The notes under the pieces were generated by a model. The model saw only the letters and a program-made list of their open reading frames with translations. It searched no databases and had not been told where the DNA came from. DNA of 63,898 nucleotides, filler included, from Fonticula-like sp. SCN 57-25 (Eukaryota), in assembly GCA_001724245.1 (NCBI GenBank). It is 9 parts of 9 records of this genome, joined end to end, with 100 filler letters (N's around TTAATTAATTAA, not from the genome) between each part and the next. Parts side by side here need not be neighbours in the genome. Positions count along the whole stretch, not along the records: positions 15,421 to 22,267 come from MEDX01000415.1; positions 22,368 to 29,204 come from MEDX01000416.1; positions 29,305 to 36,137 come from MEDX01000417.1; 6 more parts are not named here. One strand, 5' to 3'. Positions 20,909-30,755 of this stretch are shown here, one piece after another (position 1 is the stretch's first letter; each line of letters begins with the position of its first letter). The position numbers and the translations under genes were made by a program.

Positions 20909-22267
20909 ATGGACCTTTTGTCCTTTATGAAGGTTGGGTTTACGTCTTTTGTGCTTTTATTCATTTCTTTATCGCAACCGTATCATGTTGTCCCCTGGAT
21001 AAGCATGCTTCCAGCCGGGTCGGCCGAGCATGTGTCGTCCGAAGTGCCGCCGTGCGCGAGCAACATCTACTGCCATGGGCCGCTGCTGCACACGGTACAG
21101 ATGACCAAGCTCTTCACCGACTCAAAGACGTTCGTTGACATGCCTATGCGCGAGCATCCGGATGTTGTTTATCAGGCTTTTCTTGCCCTGCCGCCAAACC
21201 CATCCGACGAAGAGGTCCTGGTACGCGCGAGTTAATAGCTATGATTGACCGAGGATTGCGCTGACGTTAATGATATAAATAACAGGAATTTGTCAATTCA
21301 TATTTCCACGATGCCGGTTCGGATATGGAGCAGTGGACTCCCTCTGACTGGGTCGAAGAGCCCGACTTTTTGGAAAGCATCACCGACGGCAATCTCCGCA
21401 CCTTCCTTGCTGATGTCCATCGCCGCTGGAAAGTCCTCGGCCGCCAGTTCAACCAATCGAGCAGCTGCTCTGATTGCTTTTCTTCCTTTGTCCTGCCTCA
21501 CCCGTTCATTGTCCCCGGCGGCCGCTTCCGCGAGGCCTACTACTGGGACACGCTCTGGATCATTGACGGCCTCCTGATCAGCGGGATGCACGACACGGTC
21601 CTCGGCATGCTCCGCAACTTTTTCTTCCTCATTGACCTGCTCGGCTTTGTGCCCAATGGCGGCCGAATCTACTACTCGTCGCGGTCGCAGCCGCCGCTCC
21701 TCACGCGCATGGTCGATGCCTACGTCGAGGCGACCGGCGACACAGCCATCATCGCCGAGGCGCTGCCGTACCTCGACAAAGAGTATGCCTTCTGGATGCG
21801 CGAGCGTGTTGTGCTTGTTGAAGTGGCGGGGACGCCACACTCGCTCAACGTCTTCCGCGTGCCGACAAACGTGCCGAGGCCAGAGTCATACTATGAAGAC
21901 CATGAGCTCGCGGAAAGCGTCCCAGAGCAAGACCGTCCTCTCTTATTCCGGTACGCACTTTTTGGAAATGTTTGTTACGATGACTTGTTTCTGAACATGC
22001 TTGTTTTCCTTATTTTGCAGTGAATTGGCCGCGGGTGCCGAGAGCGGTTGGGATTACTCGTCACGGTGGTTCGCGCGCGCCGACGCCTTTGACACGATTC
22101 GCACGAGCCGCGTCGTCCCCGTCGACCTCAACGCCATCATGTACGACGTCGAAGCAACCCTCGCCACTTTCCACACCTCTGTCGGCGACGAGACCAATGC
22201 TGTACGTAAAGTCTCTTTGCTGGCTGTACATCTAACAAGGAAATTAGGAAAAGTACCGGTCGGCGGC
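20909..22267 (+). CDS. TREH: GH37 trehalase with a signal/anchor sequence, 3'-truncated
   Basis: IYCHGPLLHTVQ, DSKTFVDM, PGGRFREAYYWD, GFVPNGGRIYY, RSQPP, PRPESY and AESGWDYSSRW motifs. Confidence 0.93.
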
Positions 22268-22801
22268 NNNNNNNNNNNNNNNNNNNNNNNNNNNNNNNNN
22301 NNNNNNNNNNNTTAATTAATTAANNNNNNNNNNNNNNNNNNNNNNNNNNNNNNNNNNNNNNNNNNNNGGGGCTTGCTCGTCACCTTGAGCTTGGCCTTTA
22401 GGCGGATCGTCGCCGCGTCGGCCTGCTTCCCCATCGTGATGCAAACTGCAAACTGGCGTTGCCAGGAGGAACAACCTCGGGAAAAATAACAAGCAAGTAA
22501 TTTTCTGCCTGGCAACAGACAAGGGCGCAAATTTGGCAACGTAAGGATGGGCCGTTGCTGGGGTAAATACAGAATTTGCATTTATCATACAAAAGCCATT
22601 GAACATTAAAAACACATGCAAGTCCAAACTCTGGCGCGGCCGATATGCAAAACGTGGTGAAAGGGGAGGGAAAAATACACCGAAAACTAAATCGGACGCG
22701 AATGGCATCGGACTTTGAATATAGGAATAATAATATAAATGCTGCCTGCGACGGCGCCTTTCTGGAACTCGTGACCCGCACAAGCGTCCGGAAAGGGCCC
22801 C

Positions 22802-24084
22802 TTACCTCAAGCTTCCACTGTACCGCCTCCGCGCCCGCTCAATCCTGAGGTTGTGCGGCATGAACGGCGGCGTCTGCGGGAGCGGCAGGGCCGACCCCTG
22901 GCTGCCCATCATGGACATTTGCTGCATTCCCTGCGGCCCCATCATCTGGATCTGCGGCGCCGACAGCGACGTCGACGGCGGCGCCCACGCCGGCAGCGGC
23001 AGGCCAAAGCCGCCGCCGCCGCTGACGTACACCTCGGCCGACCGCGAGCGGTTGTGCTGCGGCCGCACGGGGCTCGGCAGGCTCATCAGGGACGGCGACT
23101 GCGACACGGGCGACCCCGTCGGGCTTCCCAGCGGCACGCCATAGGGAAGGCCCTGCCACGGCGGCGGGCCGAATCCGTTCATCTGGCTGCCTGGCGACGG
23201 GTCCCGCCCGCCGGGCGACTCGAGCTGCTGGCGCATCTTTCGCTCCGCCGCTTTGCGTCGCCGGCTCGAGCTGAGCGTGCCGCTCTGCGTCGGGTCGATC
23301 GTCCAGTAGTTGCCTTTCCCGAGACCAATACGCGGAATCTTGACAAAGTAGTCATGCAAAGATAAATTGTGTCGAATCGCATTCTGAAAAGGGGCGCGCA
23401 ACGCATCAGCAACAAAGGGCAAACAAGATGGGGCGCGCGAACCTTCCAGTTAATATTGCAGTATCTGTAGTACACGTGGTTCTCCTGAATCCAGTCGTAA
23501 ATTTCGCTTAATAAGAGGCGACGCGTCGGCGACGACAGGATCGCGCTCTCGATGAGGGAGCTGTACGAATTCGGCGGCTTGAAAACCGCGGTACCGCCAG
23601 GCACCTCAACAGAGTCTCTGCACGCGCGCGTATTAGTAAATTAAGCCCTCAAAGAGAGGCGCCGTACGGTAAACTGCGCTCATCCGTGAACGAGCTGGCC
23701 GCGCCGCTCGGCGATACGCTCCGCGAGGGAAACGGCGACTCTACGGCGGGCGTCAGCGCGGAGCGGCAAACCAGGCGCCGTCGTACCGTCGTCCGAATCT
23801 GTGACTGGCGTCGGCGTCTGCGCCCCGTCGACCATATTGGCCATCGAGTGCGATCGCCTAATTGGCATTGCATCGTCGTTGTGCGAAGCCGTGACGACGA
23901 CAGTGATGGGCGGCGTCGAGAGCGGCCGTAATGTCGGGCTTGATTCGCTCACGAGGATGCGCTGGAGCGACATTCGCTCCTGCACCTGCGCCGCCACCGC
24001 GTCGTCCTGCACGTACCTCCCCTGCGCGGCGTGCACCGAGGGATCGGCCATCGCGGCCGCCCCTCCTTGTCGCCCCGACTCCAT
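22802..24084 (-). CDS. Forkhead-box transcription factor, at least 3 exons
   Basis: KPPNSYSSLIESAILSSPTRRLLLSEIYDWI...WK|NAIRHNLSLHDYFVKIPR...GKGNYWTID. The 3' end is uncertain (possible GTAAG donor at about 22805). Confidence 0.92.
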
Positions 24085-24648
24085 GGCGGTAAAACGCGCC
24101 ACCAATCGCGCCGCCTGCCGGAGGGAAGAGGATCACGAACGAGCCGCGCCCCCCTTTCTCGGCTGCGTAATCGGGCCGCTTGCTGCCTGGAGCCGTCTCA
24201 CAGCCGTAGCGAAGCTAGAGCCCGGCAGTGCAAAGCGAGCAGGCCCTCCGTCAAACACCCTTGCGTGTGTTTTTGGTGTTGCTCTTTGTCCGTTTTTCGC
24301 CACCTATTTGGGCAAACCGTCTCAAAAAGGCAATCGTTAGTGCATCGGAATGCGGGGTTGTGCTTGGCAAAGGAAAGAGTTCCGATGCGGAATTATGCAA
24401 AGAAGCACAACTGTCACTTTGGGCTGTGCGGCGCGGGCACGTCGCGGTCTATACGCTAGCCAAATTTCGAGTTTGAGCCGCCGGGCGACGGGGCAAGGCG
24501 GCCCTGGGCAAACCGTCTCACACAGGGCTCAGCGCGCCGATGCGCGATTACGTTCGCCGATAATTCAAACAAACGCGAGATGTACATTGATATGGAAATA
24601 CAACGATTGGGTGGCAAATTGTTAAATTAGATCCCGACCAATCAGCGA

Positions 24649-26363
24649 TCAGGTCGGCGACATTCTTGGATAAAAACACACGGAAAAAGGTGGTCCACCT
24701 TTCGGACGCCCGCTGATTGGTCGACCTTCGCTTGGCGCAATTCGGCTCAATCGCGGAAAGCGTGGGCGCATTCCGAATGTTTGTCGGTCTATGAATAACT
24801 CTGCCAAAACGGGGCGCCCGGCAAGGGTCGTCGAGGCGGCGGGCAAGGCAAGCAGCTGATAAAAAAGCAGCTGACGGCTATTAAAAGGCGCGGAGAATAG
24901 GCTAAAAGGCCCGGAGAAAGAGCGAAAAGGGGTAGCCCGCGCCGGGCGGGCGGCTTGGCGGCATCGGCGGGACTCGGTGATTAGCAACATCCACGTGGCG
25001 AAGTAGGGGGCAGCAGCGCTCGAGCATGCCCACAAAGGGGGGCCACTCGGACTGGGCAATGTCAACGTCTATAAGCGAGAGCTGCTCGAGGTGCGGGCAC
25101 TCGCCCAGCAGTTGAAGCGCGTCCAATGAGACACGGTCGCAGCTGTTGAGCGAGAGAACGCGAAGGGACTGCCGCGCAGCTGGCCGGTCAAGTAGCCGCA
25201 AAAGTACGTCATCAGACATGTTGGTGCAGCTGTCGAGGCACAGCACCGACGGGGATGCGCAGCCAAGCACCGACGAAAGTTGCCGCCCGGTCAGGTCAGA
25301 GCAGCCTGGTAGAGCGACGTGTTGCAGGCGGGGTGCCAGCTGGGCAACTGCCGCGGCAGCTTGCCTGCCGAGGCGCACGCCGACGAGGGAAAGTGACCGC
25401 AGGCGGCTGGGGCCAACAACACACATCGTAAGCACAGGAAAAAGACCTAACAATAACGCCGCACCTGCATTGACCAAAAATAACCGCCAGGTCGGCGTCC
25501 GCGGGCTTGTTGAGCGAGCTCAGGTGAAGGCGCTCGAGCCGCCCGCAGAGCCCCGCGTCCATCTCGACGCGCTTCACATTCAGCCCGTCGCTGCGCAGCT
25601 CGAGGTCCGTGAGGCGTTCAAGGCGCGCAATGTCGGCCAGGGCGGCCGGCGTGATGAGGTCCGAGATGACGGCCAGCTCGCGCAGGTGCGGGCAGCTGGC
25701 CGGCAGCGCCTTGATCAGCGCGTCCGTCGCCGAAAAGTGCTTTATTACAAACCGGCGCAGAAAAGGGGTGTGCGCCAGCGCCGCCACGATAGCCTGTTCT
25801 TCTATTGAGCACCACGGCATCTCGAGCGACAGGAGGCACTTGCTCTCGCGAAGCGCAGCAACGAGCTCGTCCTGGCTGCCGCCGCGCCACCCCTGCGGCA
25901 GCCGCAAATGCCGCAGCTTTTCCATGGAACCCAGCATACAGCCAAGCTCGCCCACCTTGAGCGCCGGGACGCCGCCCAGGTCCACAGTGTGCAGCGACGC
26001 AAAGGGCGGAAGGCGCAGAAAGGCAATGTCGGTCAGGCGAAGTCCGACAAGCGTGAGGCGCGAAAGAGAGCCGACATGCGCAGCAATGTCGCAAATGTCG
26101 TCCGACGTGAGCGGCGACTCGCCAAGCGTCAGCTCGCGCACATGCTCCCCATTGGAGCGCAGAAACTCTATGGTTGCATCCTTGCTGCGCTCGCGACAAT
26201 CGATCCGCGACAGCGCCCACCCGCGGTACCTTTGGCGAAGCTCGGAGCACTCGCTCGACAACACCACAAGATCCGTCGGGTCCAAAAACGCGAGTATATG
26301 CTCTAGCAACTCTAGAGGAAGGCGCTCTAGCAGCTCGCGCAGGCTCGATACTGGCTGCGCCAT
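24649..26363 (-). CDS. F-box / leucine-rich-repeat protein
   Basis: F-box LERLPLELLEHILAFLDPTDL. AMN1-type LRRs (CPHLRELAV, LRVLSLNSCDRVS, CPHLEQLSL). Intron ~25400-25460; 3' end uncertain. Confidence 0.8.
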
Positions 26364-26441
26364 GCCCACATCACCCGCCACCCTGTCACCACTTTGCGTG
26401 ATCACGTGGCCACAACGGTTTCCCTTTCGGTCGTCGTCGTG

Positions 26442-27316
26442 ATGTCGTCGTCATCATCGCCGTCGAGCTCGCAGGCGCTGAGCGCAGCCTCGAGCAAGCT
26501 CAAGGAGCTTCGCGCGCGCCTTGTACGTTTTTGTTGTTGTAGTTTTTCATTCTATTATTCTTTTTTACTAATACGCCTGTCTTTAGGATCGCGAGCGCCA
26601 GGCCAACTTTGTCGAGGTCGGCAGCGAGGATCTCCGCAAGAAGGAGGACCCGAAGGCTGTCCAGAAGCGCCAGCGCGAGGCGCGCGAAGCCGCTCAGCTG
26701 CTCGAGCGCGAGGAGATTGAGCAGCAGGGCCTTGACTATGAGCGCGTGAAGAATCTGACCACGAGCGTTGCCGAAGCCGAGAGCGAAGAGCGCCGCAAGG
26801 CAAAGAAGGCCAAGCGCGCCGTGGATGGCTTCAGCGACTACGAAGACATGGCGCGTCGCAAGTACAAGCGCCTTATCCGCACGATGAAGCCCGACCTGGA
26901 GCAGTACGAGGCGGACAAGGAGCGTCTCGGCGCCGACTTTTTCCCCGACGCAAACTCGCTCAGCTACGGTCTCCACGACAAGGCGCCGGCCGCCAAGATC
27001 GACCACATGGTCAAGGACCTCGCCAAGCAGTACGTCAAATTGTCTATGTTTGAACGTTTTTTGTCTATTGTATCGCCTTTATTGTACTTTTTTGGTCTTT
27101 TCTCGGTCTTTTTCCTACTTTTTTACTGCTTTTGCTGACGTGATCTGCAGGACGGACACGAGGGACAAGCTGTCGCGCCAGCGCACCTTTGACCCCAATG
27201 CCGACGTCGACTATATCAACGACCGCAACGCGCGGTTCAACCAGTGGCTGTCGCGCTCTTTTGACAAGTACACGACGGAGATCCGCGCCAACCTCGAGCG
27301 CGGCACTGCCCTTTAG
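26442..27316 (+). CDS. SYF2: Pre-mRNA splicing factor SYF2, 3 exons
   Basis: GFSDYEDMARRKYKRL...KPDLEQY, DVDYINDRNARFN and EIRANLERGTAL* C-terminus. Confidence 0.92.
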
Positions 27317-27738
27317 CATTCTGTGTGCATAGACGAGTTGTTGATTTAGCGTGGCGGCGAAGAAGTTTTGTTTTCAATTTGTGTACAGAGTATCTTTATA
27401 ATTATATTGCTTTTTCATCGCACTTGTCTACTGGAAACATGACCGAAAGAGGCTATATTTTGGCTTGTGTTTGCTGTAGTCCATATCAAAAGTGACTCGG
27501 TCCAATTTTGGCCAACAAAACAGCATTCTCTTTATGAGTTGCTGCACTTATAGTCATGTCTTTCTATTTAATTGGTCATCGAAACACATACATACTACTC
27601 ATTACTGTGTGTGCCTTATCATATGTGGCCCACTGTTTGACCATAATTCCAATAACCACTCCCCCTACTACACAAATTGAAACCCACTACTATATTGTTC
27701 TGATATCTTCTACTATACACACCCTATCCACGTGGCCA

Positions 27739-29204
27739 CTACGCCAACGCCCTCTGCAGCTTTGCCGTCTTGAAGTTCTCCTCGTCCATATCATCCTCAT
27801 CTGAATCCGCCCCCAACTCGCGCTTGCGCACAACTCTCACAGGCTGCGCTGACTTTGCGAGCGGCGAAGAAATGTTCCATGCGCGGATTCGCGGCGTTCC
27901 TGCGGCGCCAAGGCGGCGGGCGGAGCCGAGAACAAAGGGGGAAGGGGAGGAGGAGCCGGGGAGGCGGCGAGCAGTCATGGGAGTAGACATGTTTTTCACT
28001 GAAAAGTATGGTAAGTAAATGGGAAAGCAGGGGAAAGTAGAGAGAGTGGAATGGAAAATGGACCAAAAAGTGACATAAAAAGTGACACAAAAAGATAAAA
28101 TTACACAAAAAGTGACACAAAAATATCAAAATTGCACCAAAATGTCACTCAAAGACAACCACAAATTTTACACTTAAACCCCCAATACCACCATTTCCCA
28201 TTCACCACTCTTCCCAATCTCGTACATGAAGTCGTATTCGGCGTGAAATTCGGCGACATTCCCGGCGTCGTACTCAACCTAATACTCGCAAAACTATCAT
28301 CCGCCCCTCCCAATGGCGTCTCCCCATTGGCTGCCTCACCAACCCGCCTCAGCCTCGGACTCTGGAACTCTGCCACCTCCACAGGCAACCGCGCCTGAAC
28401 ACGCACAGGCGTCCCCGCCACGTGGTCCACCTGCGTCACGTGATCATCATCACTCTGCCTCGCCGCCTCCTGCCTCGCCTTTTCCGCCCTTTCCGCGGCC
28501 CTCGCCTGCACCTGCTCGGCCTCCAATCGTCTCAAATCAAACTCGATTTCCTGCGCCAATTGCTTGTCACCGACCATAAGGTCTTCCATTTCGACGCGGT
28601 AATCGCACACAATTGCGCGCAAACACATTGTTAGGTCGCGCAAAAGAGGCGAATGTGTCCGCTCGAGGAAATGTTTCAGCTCGACAATGACTGGCACAAT
28701 ATTCTCAATCGTGTTTTTCCTATTCAATTTAGATAGGATTTTCGCCTTTGCCGCCATCGCAGCCGCCTTTTCCGAATCCGCCACCTGTGATGACGTCACT
28801 GTGGTCATATTCTCACCCTCCTCTGCCTCATTACTACCACTTGCACCACGTGGCCTCAATGCAGCAATCTTGATTTCCTCGCTCGACAGCACATAGAGCA
28901 CATCCGCGAGCACCAAGCCACCCAGCATTTCCGACGCATCTGATTGGCCATCCAAAAAGCCCGCCAACGTCTCTGTGCACAGCTTTGCAGTCAGCTGAAA
29001 CTTGTACTCGTCGGCCATGTGGGCGAGCATGAAGCGGTAGACGGCGCGGCGGCGACTGACGGCGAGCGCTGATTGGCCACAAAAGTCGGTCATGGCGCGA
29101 TCGGATGTGCCGGAAAAGGTGTCGAGGATGCGTTTGGGTGGGAGGCCATTGAGGAAGAAGAGGCACTCGACAAAGTTGCTGTAGAGAATGGAAGGGTTCT
29201 TGTT
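27739..29204 (-). CDS. NCAPD3: Condensin II subunit CAP-D3, C-terminal part (5'-truncated)
   Basis: RRAVYRFMLAHMADEYKFQLTAKLC, VLSSEEIKI, KNTIENIVPVIVELK and DKQLAQEIEFDL resemble the CAP-D3 C-terminal HEAT region. Confidence 0.82.
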
Positions 29205-29304
29205 NNNNNNNNNNNNNNNNNNNNNNNNNNNNNNNNNNNNNNNNNNNNTTAATTAATTAANNNNNNNNNNNNNNNNNNNNNNNNNNNNNNNNNNNNNNNN
29301 NNNN

Positions 29305-30433
29305 GACCACATGGCCATTTACTGACCCCTCCCAGACGGTCTTTTCGCCTCTTCCTCCCAGGACGGCGCCATCATCATATGGGCCACGCGGACCCTGACC
29401 CCCCTTCGGACACTCAACTTTCATTCTAATTATATCGACCAATCATCGCGCGCGTTTATTTATAGCGTGCCATACATGCTCGCGCTTGCCGATCGTTATG
29501 TGCTGGCGGCGATCGGGAATGGGTTTGGCATGTTTAATGTGATGACGGGGGAGTGCTTGATGGGGAGGAAGGGCGCGCATAGGGGGGAGGTCACAATGAT
29601 TATGCTGCTGTATAATGGGTGCGAAAAATGAGTGGTTTTGGGGGGAATTTTGTCATTTTTAAGAGAGTTGTGACGTTTTTTGGCACTTTTTTGGCACTTT
29701 TGGGACATGTTTCCTCTTTTTTGGCTCTTTTTTGGCTCTTTTTTGGCACTTTTTGGCACTTTTTCTTCCTTTTTATTTCTTTTTTTTGACTTGTTTCCTT
29801 CTTTTCTTCCACTTTATTCACACTTGAACAGTGAGCGATTTGTGACTGCCTCGACAGACTCTCTTATCCGCATGTGGGGCCCCGTCGAGACCCCCTCAAC
29901 GCCATGTACGCACACTTACCCAAATTGAATTTTTGCTGACTGCGCATAATTCAAGTTGGGCGTCGGAAAAGCCTTCCTAACGTTGTCCAATACTCGCCCA
30001 ACACATGGAATGAAGCCACTTCTACCTCGCCACGCCCCAAAGGAGTACGTCTAGAACATGAATTGTCATTAAAAGTTGAATATTTTGCGCTAATATGATT
30101 GGCCAGCCCGGCTGGGAAGTCTTTATTCCCACCAATCGCCGCTCCAATTCCAATTCTCCCGCCAACGCTTCCCCCGCCCTTTCGCCCTCCCATCAAACAA
30201 AAGTCGTGTGCGTGTGCGAACTTGTCGGCCACCACGACTCTGTGAATGCTCTGTTGCAATTGAGTGACACATCGTTTGCGTCGTGCGGGTCGGACAATTT
30301 AGTGCTGACGTGGAAGGACGGGTATGTGGAGAGCGCGAGGAGGAATGAAAAGGCGCAGCAGATGATGGGGAGGTATGAGGCGTATGTGGAGGCGGCGGGG
30401 ATTCTGTCGGGGGGGAAAGACGTCGCTGAATAA
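29305..30433 (+). CDS. WD40 protein C-terminal exons, WDR41-like (5'-truncated)
   Basis: AHRGEVTMI, FVTASTDSLIRMW and a final repeat LVGHHDSVNALL...FASCGSDNLVLTWKDGYVESARR that resembles the WDR41 C-terminus. Confidence 0.6.
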
Positions 30434-30755
30434 GTAAGGAAAAGGCAAGTGAGAGTGTACAATACAATACAATGAATGTCAATGGAACACGACATAGGAT
30501 GAACAGTTATGTACTGTGAATCGTTATAGGATAGTGTGGCATGTGATTGTTGAGTACAAAGTCAAACTTTTCATATCTAAATTACACTAAATGACACCCT
30601 AAACATTCATAATTCGGCCCAAAACACCCCATTTAATTTGTGTTTATATATTCGAAAGTACAAATAATATCATTGCGCCAACCGCAACCCACCCTTAATG
30701 ATCATCTACGCTCATCTACTCCACCTCTGACGTCACCCTCTGACGTCATCACCAT

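Noticed and set aside
22368-22435. Possible gene start MGKQADAATIRLKAKLKVTSKP at the contig edge
   Set aside because: Only 22 codons before the gap, so it cannot be identified.
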